Below, in pieces: positions 35,381 to 46,820 of a DNA stretch of 64,000 nt; within the stretch, counting starts at the first letter, position 1, and every line of letters starts with the position of its first letter. The notes beneath the pieces are model-generated. The model made no database searches. It worked only from the letters and a program-made list of their open reading frames with translations, and had not been told where the DNA came from. The translations under genes and the position numbers were made by a program. The stretch lies in NCBI RefSeq assembly GCF_051903065.1, contig NZ_CP178438.1. One strand, given 5' to 3'. This DNA comes from Escherichia coli. GTDB lineage: Bacteria > Pseudomonadota > Gammaproteobacteria > Enterobacterales > Enterobacteriaceae.

Positions 35381-36279
35381 TTGCGCTCCTCGTCTTTCTC
35401 TTCGTGCAGATTATTCTCTTCCTCATCCGCACGGTTCGGACCGACACCCACGTAGTGGAAGATACTGGCTGCGAAGGTAGCCGCAAAGCCAACAGCTGCG
35501 AGCGGTTTCCAGATGCCTTTCCAGAATTTCACGGTTTCGCTGATTTCCGGGTTCTCCGGCAAGCCATGATACAGATTTGGCTTGTCAGCATGGTGCAGCA
35601 CGTACATAACGTGTGTACCACCGACGCCTGCCGGATCGTACAGGCCCGCATTGTCGTAACCGCGGGTTTTCAGCTCCGCCACGCGCTCGCTCGCCAGCGT
35701 TTTCATCGACTCTTTCGTACCAAAGTGAATCGCGCCCGTTGGGCAGGTCTTCACGCAGGCTGGTTCTTGCCCAACCACCACGCGGTCAACGCACAGCGTA
35801 CATTTGTAGACGCGGTTGTCTTCCGGGTTGAGGCGCGGAATGTCGAACGGACAGCCCGCAATGCAATAACCGCAGCCAATGCACTGCTCGGACTGGAAGT
35901 CGACGATACCGTTGGCATACTGAATAATTGCCCCTTCCGCCGGGCACGCTTTCAGACAGCCTGGATCGGAACAGTGCATACAGCCGTCTTTGCGGATCAG
36001 CCATTCCAGTTTGTCGTTCTGCTCCACTTCCGAGAAGCGCATCACCGTCCACGATTTGGCGCTTAAATCATTGGGGTTGTCGTACACCCCAATGTTATTG
36101 CCGACGGTATCGCGAATGTCGTTCCACTCTGAACACGCCACCTGACAGGCTTTACAGCCGATACAGGTGGTGACGTCGATGAGTTTCGCCACTTCTTCCT
36201 GGAAGTCCCGCGCCTGAGGCGCGGGGGTCAGACCGTTAGTCGCGGAACGACGAATGATATCTTGCGATTGATAAGCCAT
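35377..36279 (-). CDS. fdoH: Formate dehydrogenase-O iron-sulfur subunit
   Basis: 300-aa ORF with four ferredoxin-type CxxCxxCxxxCP clusters and a C-terminal membrane anchor. Confidence 0.95.
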
Positions 36280-36291
36280 ATGTCGTCTCCG

Positions 36292-39200
36292 TTACACCTT
36301 TTCCACATTCACAAGGAAGGACTTAAACTCCGGCGTCTGCGTGTTTGCATCACCAACGAATGGCGTTAACGTATTGGCAATAAAGCCTTTTTTAGCTACG
36401 CCTTCATAGCCCCAGTGAATCGGAATACCGATGGTATCGATATCTTTGCCGTTCGCTTTCAGCGTGCGAATACGTTTGGTCACCACCGCTTTGGCTTTGA
36501 TATAGCCACGGTTGGAGGAGACTTTCACGGTATCGCCCTGGGCAATGCCAAGTTTATTCGCCAGCGACTCCCCGATTTCCACAAACTGCTCTGGTTGCAA
36601 AATCGCGTTCAACAGCGCGTGTTTGGTCCAGTAGTGGAAGTGCTCGGTCAGACGATAGGTGGTTCCGACATACGGGAACTTATCGGCTTTACCCAATGCT
36701 TCGGCGTCGTCTTTAAAGATTCGCGCAGCCGGGTTCGAGATAACGTTTGGATGCAGCGGGTTAGTTCCCAGCGGCGTTTCAAACGGCTCGTAGTGTTCCG
36801 GGAACGGACCTTCCGCCATCTTATCGAGGGCAAACAGACGCCCCATGCCTTCCTGCTGCATGATAAACGGCCCGACGCCGCTACCCGGAGGCGCTGCGCT
36901 GTAGTCCGGAATATCCCAGCCGGTCCACTTAGTGCCGTCCCATTTCAGCAACTGACGCTTCGGATCCCACGGGTTACCCTGCGGATCTGCGGAGGCGCGG
37001 TTATACAGAATGCGGCGGTTAAGCGGCCATGCCCATGCCCAGCCCAGCGTGTTACCGAGGCCAGACGGATCGGCGTTATCACGGCGTGCCATCTGGTTGC
37101 CTTCCGGCGTCCAGCTACCGGCGAAAATCCAGCAGCCACAGGAGGTTGTACCGTCATCGCGCAATTGGGCGAACGAGCTAAGTTGTTGGCCTTTCTTGAC
37201 GATAACCGCACCGGTTGCCGGATCGGTAATATCGGCCAGCGCCTTACCGTTGCTCTCCATCGCTACTTCTTCCGACTTCGGCTCATGCGGAATGGCGTAG
37301 TTCCAGGTCATGTTCAGCACTTGGTCCGGGTTCGCGCCACCCTGTTCGGCATACATCTTGCGCAAGCGCAGGAAGATACCGGAGAGGATCTCGCCGTCAG
37401 TCAGCGCAATCCCCGGGGCGTCCGCACCTTTCCAGTGCCACTGTAACCAGCGACCTGAGTTAACGATAGAACCGTTCTCTTCCGCGAAGCAGGTCGATGG
37501 CAGACGGAACACTTCGGTCTGGATCTTCGACGAGTCAACTTCGTTCAGCTCACCGTGGTTCTGCCAGAAGTTAGAGGTTTCAGTGTTCAGCGGGTCGATG
37601 GTGACGAGGAACTTCAGTTTCGACAGACAACCGATCACTTTGTTTTTGTTCGGGAATGAGGCAACAGGGTTAAAGCCCTGGCAGATATAGCCATTGACCT
37701 TGCCCTCTTTCATCATCTCGAAGTATTGCAGGACGTCGTAGCCTTTATCCCACTTCGGCAACCAGTCAAAGCCCCAGCTATTTTCCGCCGTCGCTTTATC
37801 ACCAAAGAAGGCCTTCATCATGGAGACGAAGAATTTCGGGTAGTTGCCCCAGTAGTTTACCTGGCCTTCCAGCAGCGGTTTTGGCGTGTTGGCGGTAAGG
37901 TAGGTTTGCAGATCGGTCTGCTTCTCGCTTGGCAGCGTCATGTAACCTGGCAGGCTCTGCGACAGCAGCCCCAGGTCCGTCAGCCCCTGAATATTGGAGT
38001 GACCGCGCAGGGCGTTAACGCCGCCGCCAGCCATCCCCATGTTACCGAGCAGCAGCTGGATCATCGCCATCGTACGAATGTTTTGCGCACCAACGGAGTG
38101 TTGCGTCCAGCCGAGGGCATACAGGAACGAGGCAGTTTTATCGTGAGCACTGGTTTCTGCGATGTATTCGCAGACTTTCAGGAACGCGTCTTTTGGCGTA
38201 CCACAGATGTTTTCAACCACATCTGGCGTGTAGCGGGAAACGTGCTGTTTCAGCAAGTTCCACACGCAGCGCGGATGTTGCAGCGTGGTATCGCGTTTGG
38301 CGAAGCCGTTTTCGTCCAGTTCGTAAGTCCAGGAGGATTTATCGTACTTGCGTTTTTCCGCGTCGTAGCCGGTGAACAGGCCATCTTCAAAGCCGTAATC
38401 CTCACGCACGATCAGGCTGGCGTTGGTATAGGCTTCGGTGTATTCGCGGTTGAATTTTTCATTGTTCAGCAGGTACAGCAATACGCCTGACAGGAAAGCA
38501 ATGTCAGTACCGGAACGAATAGGGGCATAGTAGTCAGCCACCGCAGCCGTACGCGTAAAGCGAGGATCGATCACAATCAGCTTCGCGCCATTGTGAATTT
38601 TGGCTTCCATCGCCCAGCGGAACCCGACCGGGTGAGCTTCAGCGGCGTTACCGCCCATCACCACGACGAGGTTGGCGTTCTTGATGTCGACCCAGTGGTT
38701 GGTCATCGCACCGCGACCAAATGTTGGAGCAAGACTTGCTACCGTTGGTCCGTGTCAGACACGCGCCTGGTTGTCGACCGCGAGCATACCCAGCGCGCGG
38801 GAGAATTTTTGCGTTAAATAGCCGGTTTCGTTACTCGACGCGGAAGCACACAGCATCCCGGTGGAGAGCCAGCGGTTAACAGTCACGCCTTCGGCGTTTT
38901 GCGCAATGTAGTTAGCATCGCGGTCTTCTTTCATCAGTTTGGCGATGCGATCAAACGCCTCTTCCCAACTGATTTGCTGCCATTTATCAGAACCTGGCGC
39001 ACGGTATTCCGGAAACTTCAGACGGCTTTCGGAGTGGATGAAATCCACCAGGCCAGCGCCTTTCGGACAAAGTGCACCGCGGTTGACCGGGTGATCCGGA
39101 TCGCCTTCGATATGGAAGATAGATGCTTTGGCGTTTTTTGCTCCGTCACCGAGGCTGTACATCAACAGCCCACAGCCTACGGAACAATAGGTGCAGGTAT

Positions 39201-39342
39201 TACGGGTTTCGCGGGTGCGCAGCAGTTTATACTGCCGGGTTTCCGCGAGTGCTACGCTGGGTGCAAAACCCAGTGCCGCTGCCGTGGTGCCTGCCATACC
39301 GCCAGCGCAGATCTTAAAGAACTGCCTTCTGCTGACCTGCAT
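36292..39342 (-). CDS. fdoG: Formate dehydrogenase-O catalytic subunit, a selenoprotein; one CDS of ~1016 aa containing an in-frame UGA
   Basis: Two in-phase ORFs (195 aa and 804 aa) separated only by TGA; twin-arginine signal MQVSRRQFFKICAGG; molybdopterin oxidoreductase motifs. Confidence 0.93.
38755..38757 (-). other. UGA selenocysteine codon (position ~196 of FdoG)
   Basis: In-frame TGA between the two fdoG ORF halves, at the conserved active-site position of formate dehydrogenases (…RV-U-HGP…). Confidence 0.85.
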
Positions 39343-39535
39343 GGATTGCTCCTTGTTTCGACATTGTCACGTCCCATTTACATTCGCTTGCTGCGTGTGC
39401 AGGGAGTGGGAGTTATTTTTCTTTGCGGAAGGGGCCGCAAAGGTCCAGAATTGGCTCAATTTCCCTCCATCCAGGAAGGGTTTGTAACAGAATACCATAA
39501 TGTTGGTGTGTGTGTTCTTATCTGGTTAAGAGAAA

Positions 39536-40369
39536 GTGAAAAAAACACAGCAAAAAGAAATCGAAAATGTGACAAATATCACAGGTGTTCGTCAAATTGA
39601 GTTATGGCGGCGTGATGATTTACAACACCCACGGTTAGATGAGGTCGCGGAAGAAGTTCCCGTTGCGCTGGTCTACAACGGCATTTCGCATGTGGTGATG
39701 ATGGCGTCGCCCAAAGACCTTGAGTACTTTGCGCTCGGTTTTTCGCTTTCCGAGGGGATAATAGAAAGTCCGCGCGATATCTTCGGCATGGATGTCGTTC
39801 CTTCCTGTAATGGTCTTGAAGTACAAATTGAGCTTTCCAGCCGCCGCTTTATGGGGTTGAAGGAGCGCCGCCGGGCGCTGGCGGGACGTACGGGCTGTGG
39901 CGTATGCGGCGTGGAGCAACTTAATGACATCGGAAAACCGGTGCAGCCGCTACCGTTCACCCAGACGTTTGATCTCAACAAACTGGATGATGCATTACGT
40001 CATCTCAACGATTTTCAGCCAGTGGGGCAACTGACTGGTTGTACTCACGCCGCTGCCTGGATGTTGCCATCTGGCGAACTGGTCGGCGGGCATGAAGACG
40101 TGGGTCGCCATGTGGCGCTGGACAAACTGTTAGGCCGCCGGTCACAAGAAGGGGAAAGCTGGCAGCAAGGTGCGGTACTGGTTTCCAGTCGTGCCAGTTA
40201 TGAAATGGTGCAAAAGTCGGCGATGTGCGGCGTAGAGATTTTGTTTGCGGTGTCTGCCGCGACCACGCTTGCTGTAGAAGTGGCTGAGCGCTGTAATTTG
40301 ACACTGGTAGGTTTTTGTAAACCGGGTCGGGCAACGGTTTATACCCATCCGCAGCGTTTGAGCAATTAA
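39536..40369 (+). CDS. fdhD: Formate dehydrogenase sulfurtransferase FdhD
   Basis: 277-aa ORF containing the GCGVCG cysteine motif; divergent from fdoGHI. Confidence 0.92.
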
Positions 40370-40521
40370 TTAAAATAAGTCCTGCGATATATATTAAATT
40401 GCAGGACTTATTCATTTCGTGAATTTTATTATTTTATTTATAAACAAAATGCGTGTAGTGGCGTTTTCTTTTTTCATTTATTATGTTCACTCTCTTATCT
40501 ATATATTTATAAGGCAATTAA

Positions 40522-41577
40522 ATGAAAAGGAATTTATTATCTTCCGCTATTATAGTCGCCATCATGGCCCTCGGTCTGACGGGTTGTGATGATAAAAAAG
40601 CCGAAACAGAAACGCTCCCGCCTGCCAATAGTCAACCTGCCGCACCAGCTCCTGAAGCGAAACCTACTGAAGCTCCCGTTGCAAAAGCAGAAGCTAAACC
40701 TGAAACACCTGCGCAACCGGTGGTCGATGAACAAGCGGTTTTCGACGAAAAAATGGATGTCTATATCAAGTGCTACAACAAGTTACAGATCCCTGTACAG
40801 AACAGTCTGGCGCGTTATGCTGACTGGCTGAAAGATTTTAAACAGGGGCCAACGGGTAAAGAGAGCCTTGTTTATGGCATCTACGGCATTAGTGAATCCA
40901 ATCTCTCTGAGTGTCAAAAAGGAATAAAAAGAGTCGTGGCGTTAACGCCTGCGCTGCAACCTATTGATGGCGTGGCGGTGAGTTATATTGATGCTGCCGT
41001 GGCGTTGGGTAATACCATTAACGAAATGGATAAATATTACACCCAGGAAAATTATAAAGACGATGCGTTTGCGAAAGGGAAAACGCTGCACCAGACATTC
41101 TTAAAAAATCTGGAAGCCTTTGAACCTGTAGCAGAATCTTATCATGCGGCGATTCAGGAAATTAATGATAAGCGCCAGCTTGCGGAACTGAAAAATATTG
41201 AAGAAAGAGAAGGGAAAACATTCCACTACTACTCTCTGGCAGTCATGATTTCAGCGAAACAAATTAATAACCTGATATCGCAAGAGAAGTTTGATGTTGA
41301 TGCGGCAATGAAGAAAGTCTCTGAACTGGAAACGCTGGTAGCGCAGGCCAAAGAAGCGGATAAAGGCGGTATGAATTTCTCGTTCATTAATTCGGCAGAC
41401 CAGTATCAACTCGAGACTAAAAAATATGTTCGCCGCGTCAGAGATAAAGTCCCGTACTCTGACTGGGATAAAGAGCATCTTCAGGATGCAAACACAAGCT
41501 GGATGGTCGAAGACTCATTTCCACGAGCGTTACGCGAGTACAACGAAATGGTTGATGACTATAATAGCCTGCGTTAA
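40522..41577 (+). CDS. yiiG: DUF3829 lipoprotein YiiG
   Basis: 351-aa ORF with lipobox LTGC after the signal peptide and a Pro/Ala-rich linker. Confidence 0.8.
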   Translation: MKRNLLSSAIIVAIMALGLTGCDDKKAETETLPPANSQPAAPAPEAKPTEAPVAKAEAKPETPAQPVVDEQAVFDEKMDVYIKCYNKLQIPVQNSLARYADWLKDFKQGPTGKESLVYGIYGISESNLSECQKGIKRVVALTPALQPIDGVAVSYIDAAVALGNTINEMDKYYTQENYKDDAFAKGKTLHQTFLKNLEAFEPVAESYHAAIQEINDKRQLAELKNIEEREGKTFHYYSLAVMISAKQINNLISQEKFDVDAAMKKVSELETLVAQAKEADKGGMNFSFINSADQYQLETKKYVRRVRDKVPYSDWDKEHLQDANTSWMVEDSFPRALREYNEMVDDYNSLR

Positions 41578-41581
41578 ACGT

Positions 41582-41622
41582 TTTTGATGATAAATGCAGT
41601 GTCGGATGCGGCGCATCCGACA
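41582..41622. terminator. Bidirectional hairpin between the convergent genes yiiG and frvR
   Basis: Palindrome gtgtcggatgcggcgcatccgacac. Confidence 0.5.
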
Positions 41623-41626
41623 CAGT

Positions 41627-43375
41627 TCACCCCTTGTGAAGTAACTCCATAAATGCCTCATATCCTGTTAACCCGGCAATAACTTCTGCCGGATGCTGAC
41701 ACAATACGCTTGCCAGATAGCTGAATATTTTTAGCTCATGACGCGCATCGGCGGCGGCGCAGGCGATCAAAACATGGTTAATGACTTCGTTATTCACCTC
41801 AACTGGTTGGGTGAGGGTAATAAAAAATCCACGAAAACGTCGCTCCTGTTCGCTCCAGCAATGTGGGATGGCGAGGCGATTAACAATCAGGTTTTCACCT
41901 TCGCCTTCGCGGGCGATGATCCGTTGCGCTTCATCGGCGGTAATATGGTGTTGTGCGACTAATTGCGCACAAATTTGCCGGGTAATATGTTGCCAGCTTT
42001 CACCGCGTACATTCGAATAATGAAAACTTCCGGGGGCAGAGAAAAAACGCTCCGGTTGCTGGCGAATAAATGCCGTCGCCAGAAAATGTTTTATTTGTTC
42101 GATACCGGCAGCCGTAATGATATTTTTTACGGTGATGTAATTATTTACCGCATCATCCAGTAAATAATGGCTGTTGTTAATGATCAATAACGGCTCAATC
42201 TCTTCGCGAATGGCAACAAGTTCGCTTAAGCTACGGGCAATAATCACCCGACAATTTAAAACATCGCGCTCAATGGCGAGCTGATTAATGGTGGCAATCG
42301 CGTTCTGGTCCGAGAGCAAAATGATCGGCTGGCGTTCGTTTTGATGCCGTTCCAGCGCACAGGCAAAATACAAACCGATCAGATCGCTATCGAAAAGGGG
42401 AATATCGAGCTGTTCACGCAGTAGCGTAATAAAGTGCAGACTCATATCAAAGGCCGCAGGCCAGGCGGCTTTCAGGTTATTCATGCTGCTTTGGCGGTGC
42501 TCGGCAATCCACACCGGTGCGGCAAGGCAACGTAATAAATGCCCGGTAATATTCTCAACCAACTGCGTATCAATAATATTCAATGACGCGATGCCTGGCA
42601 CCCTTTGCAGCAACCCCAGCACATGATCGGCAGAAATTACCTGCGCTTGCTGATGCTGTTTCTCTATCAAACCTGTCAGGGTTCTTACAGCGTTATCACC
42701 AAGAAACAGACCGCTATGTTCAACGATTTGTTTTATCTCGTCACCGGGATATTGCGGCCACTCATCGGTCAGTTGATTACGCAGGGCGTAAATCGCCAGA
42801 ATCAGGCTGGAGAGATAATCACCCTGCATGAGCGGCCAGCGGTGTTGGTTGTCGCAGGCCGTGGATAAATGCTGAAGGTTGTCTCGTGTTACGCCAGCCA
42901 GCGGTATTAAAAACGGATCTTTGCGTAGCAAGTTCGCCAGCAAGATAACGCGTTTCTCTTCTGTTTCATCAATGAAATGGCCCAAACCGGGGCGACTGGC
43001 CAGGCAACAAGTGCGTTCATAACGCTGTTTTAACCGGGGCAGACGCTCTGCGACCCAAGTTTCTGGCAAATTAAGCGCCGAGGCGAGTTGCGCACGGGGA
43101 GTAAAGGTATTCAGTAATAACAGCGCCAGCAGCCGATCGTCGTTATCGTGCTTTTGCAGCAACTGAAAAAAGCTGCGGCGCTCGAAGATTTCCAACTGAT
43201 AGCCCGCACTGCCACTGGCAGAGATACGGGCTTTGCCGTTAAGGGTAAAGTTGAGATAGTCAATATCACGCAGGATGGTCCTGCCTGAAACGCCAGTCTG
43301 TTGCGCCAGCTCGCCAGGCGTGCGCGGCTGTTGCTCCAGCAGATCGACAATCTTTAACTGGCGTTCGTTTAGCAT
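41627..43375 (-). CDS. frvR: Putative frv operon regulator (PRD / PTS-EIIA-domain transcription factor)
   Basis: 582-aa ORF with an N-terminal HTH region (MLNERQLKIVDLLEQQPRTPGELAQQTGVSGRTILRDI); last gene of the frv cluster. Confidence 0.85.
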   Translation of the reverse strand: MLNERQLKIVDLLEQQPRTPGELAQQTGVSGRTILRDIDYLNFTLNGKARISASGSAGYQLEIFERRSFFQLLQKHDNDDRLLALLLLNTFTPRAQLASALNLPETWVAERLPRLKQRYERTCCLASRPGLGHFIDETEEKRVILLANLLRKDPFLIPLAGVTRDNLQHLSTACDNQHRWPLMQGDYLSSLILAIYALRNQLTDEWPQYPGDEIKQIVEHSGLFLGDNAVRTLTGLIEKQHQQAQVISADHVLGLLQRVPGIASLNIIDTQLVENITGHLLRCLAAPVWIAEHRQSSMNNLKAAWPAAFDMSLHFITLLREQLDIPLFDSDLIGLYFACALERHQNERQPIILLSDQNAIATINQLAIERDVLNCRVIIARSLSELVAIREEIEPLLIINNSHYLLDDAVNNYITVKNIITAAGIEQIKHFLATAFIRQQPERFFSAPGSFHYSNVRGESWQHITRQICAQLVAQHHITADEAQRIIAREGEGENLIVNRLAIPHCWSEQERRFRGFFITLTQPVEVNNEVINHVLIACAAADARHELKIFSYLASVLCQHPAEVIAGLTGYEAFMELLHKG

Positions 43376-44451
43376 TAATCCACCTGACGGAACTGGCTAA
43401 ACGCGTTGACTTTCTCCGCAGTTAAGGTCGTCAGAAAATCCCGTATCAGCGTGAGCAGAGCATCATAATCGGCTTTTGAAATCATACCGCTGTTAGCGTG
43501 CAGATAACGAGTTGGCAGACACAGCGCGACAACCGGACGCCCTCCGCCCATTACGTTGTAGCGCCCGCCATCCGTCGCTCCGGTTTTCATGGTGGAAAAT
43601 TGCAGCGGTAAACCGTTATGTGCGGCACAGTTTTTTAACGCCGCCACCAGTTTCTGGTTGGGGAAGTAGCGCTTGTCAAACAGCATCAGCCCCGGCCCGT
43701 TGCCCAGTTTCAGCGGGTATTTAATGTTATCAATGCCCGGAACATCGCCCGCGACGGCGGTATCCAGCACGATCACCACATCCGGTTTAGTGTGTTCAGC
43801 CGAGGTTTGTGCCCCGCGTAGCCCAACTTCTTCTTCCACGCTGCCGACGCCGTACAGCGTAATTCCTGGGTTATTTACTGTCTGTAGTAGCTCAGCCATC
43901 ATCGCGCAGCCGATGCGATTATCCAGCGCCTTGCCGACTATTTTATCTTCGCCCCAGCAGGCAAAATTGGCTTCCGGGCTAATAAAATCGCCAATTTCCG
44001 CACCGCGTTTTTTCGCTTCTTCGCGACTGTTCGCGCCAATATCAATGAACATCTCATCAAATGACAGCGGTTGTTGCTTTTGCTTTTCCGTTAACGCATG
44101 AGGCGCTACGGAACCAATCACACCAGGGATTTTCACTCCCTTGTGTGTGCGTATTGTTACCCGGTGGTTGAGCATCGACTGATTCCACCAGCCGCCAATG
44201 GTGGTAAAGCGCAGAAAACCGCTCTCGTCGATGTGGGTGACCATAAAGCCGACTTCATCCATATGCCCGACAACGGCAACTTTTGGACCTTTATTTCCCT
44301 TACGGGCAACAAAGCTGCCCAGACCATCAAAGGTGATCTCATTAACGCAAGGTTCCAGCGTGTTTATCAGAATGTCGCGAACTTCCTGTTCATCGCCGCT
44401 GACGGCGCTGGCTTCGCACAACTGTTGCAGTAACTCAATGTTCATGGACAA
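43375..44451 (-). CDS. frvX: M42-family aminopeptidase/glucanase-like protein FrvX
   Basis: 358-aa ORF; metal-binding HMDEVGF motif. Confidence 0.88.
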   Translation of the reverse strand: MSMNIELLQQLCEASAVSGDEQEVRDILINTLEPCVNEITFDGLGSFVARKGNKGPKVAVVGHMDEVGFMVTHIDESGFLRFTTIGGWWNQSMLNHRVTIRTHKGVKIPGVIGSVAPHALTEKQKQQPLSFDEMFIDIGANSREEAKKRGAEIGDFISPEANFACWGEDKIVGKALDNRIGCAMMAELLQTVNNPGITLYGVGSVEEEVGLRGAQTSAEHTKPDVVIVLDTAVAGDVPGIDNIKYPLKLGNGPGLMLFDKRYFPNQKLVAALKNCAAHNGLPLQFSTMKTGATDGGRYNVMGGGRPVVALCLPTRYLHANSGMISKADYDALLTLIRDFLTTLTAEKVNAFSQFRQVD

Positions 44452-45892
44452 GCTCCTGTTGCGCGGCTTTCGCTTTGCGGCGTAACCACAATCCTTTCAG
44501 GACGATAATGAATGAAATGTTCAGCGCGAGGCCAATCGCCAGCACCAGATAAAACGAACCCACCGGCGACATCAGGCCGATCAGCGGGTCAAAGATACCC
44601 AAACCAGGTGCCAGACGTTTGATTCCGAAAGCGATCACCAGCACGCCGGTAATGCCGCCCGCCAGCGTATTGGCGGTAATCATCGGCAACGGAGCTGCCA
44701 GAGCGTAAGGAATAGCCGGTTCGGTTGCGACTGTGGCACCGACCACAATGGCACTACTGGCAGCCTCTTTTTCCTGTCGGGTAAACAGTTTGGGCGCAAT
44801 GAACGTCGCAAGACCCGCCGCGACGGGTGGCATCAGCGCGACAACGCCGACGATGGCGTACCAGTCATAAATGTGTTTTTCCAGCAGTGAGAAGCAGAAG
44901 AACCAGGCGGTTTTATTGATGGGGCCGCCCATATCGAACGCCAGCATCGCACCGACCAGAAACGCTGCCGCAAACTTCATTGATGGAGGAATGGTATTCA
45001 GGAAGTGGAGCAGCCCGCCCATGAGGTCGGACATCACCGGCCCGATAACGTAGTAAGTGAGCACGCCAAAAACCAGCAGAGTAACGAATGGGATAAGCAT
45101 GGAGCCGAGCAGCGGTTGTAATGCTTTGCCAAGACGGACTTTACGGAACCAGAAGACGAAATAGCCAATCGCCAGCCCCAGCACCACCGCGCCGAGGAAT
45201 CCCGCACCCGACTGGGTGCCGAGCAGCGCTTTGTCGTTCGCCAGATAACAAACCAGAAACGCCGGAGCGAAAGCGGGTTTATCGGCAATCGACGAGGCAA
45301 TATAAGCGCCCATGATGGGGATCATAAAGGTGAAGCCGAGATAACCGATGGATTCAACCACCCAGGTAAACGACGGCGCGCCTTTCGACATATCGGTATA
45401 TGGCAAACCGAACTGCACCAGCATGTTGGCAAGCGCCACCAGGATACCGCCACCGATGACAAACGGCAGCGCCGCAGAGACGCCCGCCATCAGGTGGCTC
45501 ATCACGCTGCCGCTTTGTACTTCCTGTTTGCCGAGCTTCACGCCGCTATCCGCGGCAAAAAGCTGCGAGTTTGTTGGTAATTCGCTGAAAATCTGATCGA
45601 TATTTTTCAGCGCCTGGGAGATGGCAATCTCATAAACTTTTTTCCCGGCAAACCGTGCGCGATCGTCACCGCTCAGGCCACGCCCGGTGGCGAGAATCAC
45701 GTAATCGGCAGCGGCAATCTCTTCGCTGGATAAGCGGTTTTCAACGCCGCTGGACCCTTGAGTTTCCACTTTTATGGTATGGCCGAGAGAACGGGCTTTC
45801 TGTTCCAGGGCTTCCGCCACCATGTAGGTGTGAGCGATCCCGGCGGGGCAGTTGGTGATCGCGACAATACGTAAGGATGACTCCATCGCCAC
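44435..45892 (-). CDS. frvB: Fructose-like PTS enzyme IIBC component
   Basis: 485-aa ORF with an N-terminal IIB cysteine motif (VAITNCPAGIAHT) and a polytopic IIC domain. Confidence 0.88.
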   Translation of the reverse strand: MAMESSLRIVAITNCPAGIAHTYMVAEALEQKARSLGHTIKVETQGSSGVENRLSSEEIAAADYVILATGRGLSGDDRARFAGKKVYEIAISQALKNIDQIFSELPTNSQLFAADSGVKLGKQEVQSGSVMSHLMAGVSAALPFVIGGGILVALANMLVQFGLPYTDMSKGAPSFTWVVESIGYLGFTFMIPIMGAYIASSIADKPAFAPAFLVCYLANDKALLGTQSGAGFLGAVVLGLAIGYFVFWFRKVRLGKALQPLLGSMLIPFVTLLVFGVLTYYVIGPVMSDLMGGLLHFLNTIPPSMKFAAAFLVGAMLAFDMGGPINKTAWFFCFSLLEKHIYDWYAIVGVVALMPPVAAGLATFIAPKLFTRQEKEAASSAIVVGATVATEPAIPYALAAPLPMITANTLAGGITGVLVIAFGIKRLAPGLGIFDPLIGLMSPVGSFYLVLAIGLALNISFIIVLKGLWLRRKAKAAQQELVHEH

Positions 45893-45896
45893 TTCC

Positions 45897-46343
45897 TTAT
45901 GAGCTGAGGGTTTGATTTAACAAGGCAAGCACCTGGTCGGCGTCGCCCTGTTGCAGTTGGTGAATAAAATCCTGGTGAATAATTTTGCGACACAGTGTGC
46001 CGATGATTTTGACCTGATCCTCTTCGCCACTTTGCGGCACGCCGAGGCAGATCCAGCAATTGACGTCTTCGCCGTCGCTGGCTTTCCAGTCAATAGCCTG
46101 CGCTTTGCGGGCGAATAACACGAACGGTTGTTTAACGCAGGCGCTTTTACCGTGCGGCACGGCGACACCAGAACCAAAACCGGTGGAGTGCATTTTTTCG
46201 CGCAGCAGCAGGGTTTGCAGGAACTGGTGTGAGTCGGTGATAAAGCCGTTTTGTAACGCCATTGTCGCTAACTGTTTCAGAATGGAATAAGTGCCATTGC
46301 CCTGAATATTCAGGTCAATACAGCTTGCAGTAAGAGCTGCCAT
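45897..46343 (-). CDS. frvA: Fructose-like PTS enzyme IIA component
   Basis: 148-aa ORF with the IIA(Fru/Mtl)-type histidine region (GVAVPHGKS). Confidence 0.88.
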   Translation of the reverse strand: MAALTASCIDLNIQGNGTYSILKQLATMALQNGFITDSHQFLQTLLLREKMHSTGFGSGVAVPHGKSACVKQPFVLFARKAQAIDWKASDGEDVNCWICLGVPQSGEEDQVKIIGTLCRKIIHQDFIHQLQQGDADQVLALLNQTLSS

Positions 46344-46820
46344 TAATCGGACTCCATGAAAAAATATTTACGTTAATTGTAATAGCGGGGCGGGTTTGTG
46401 ATGAGCGCGGATATGTCGTGAAGTCGTGACAATATAAAGCAGAGTGAAGGATAAATTTTGCGGCGTAAGGCACATATTAGTAGGTAAAATAAATGCCGTG
46501 AATAAAAAATCATTATTTAATGATTTTGTGAATGTTTAACTGTCGCGGATATTTTGCTGCCACGTTATTTATATTTGTGGCTTATGAGTCAGTTTGAATC
46601 ATATCTAATATTTTTTACGATATTTAGTTAAAAACGGCACTATTGTTATATTCCTCACGTTCCAGGAAATCAGCGGATTTACTCATATTATGCGGCGGGA
46701 TATTATCCATCGGCCTGCTGAAGTTGGATTAAAAATTCGAAAGTGCACGCTTTATATTTCTCTATATACGTATTCCTTTTGGAAAGCGTAGGGCCTCCTT
46801 TATTTCAGGGAACGTAAATA

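Noticed and set aside
36415-38490. 343-aa and 254-aa ORFs on the plus strand
   Set aside because: Both lie antisense within fdoG; they are GC-skew artefacts.
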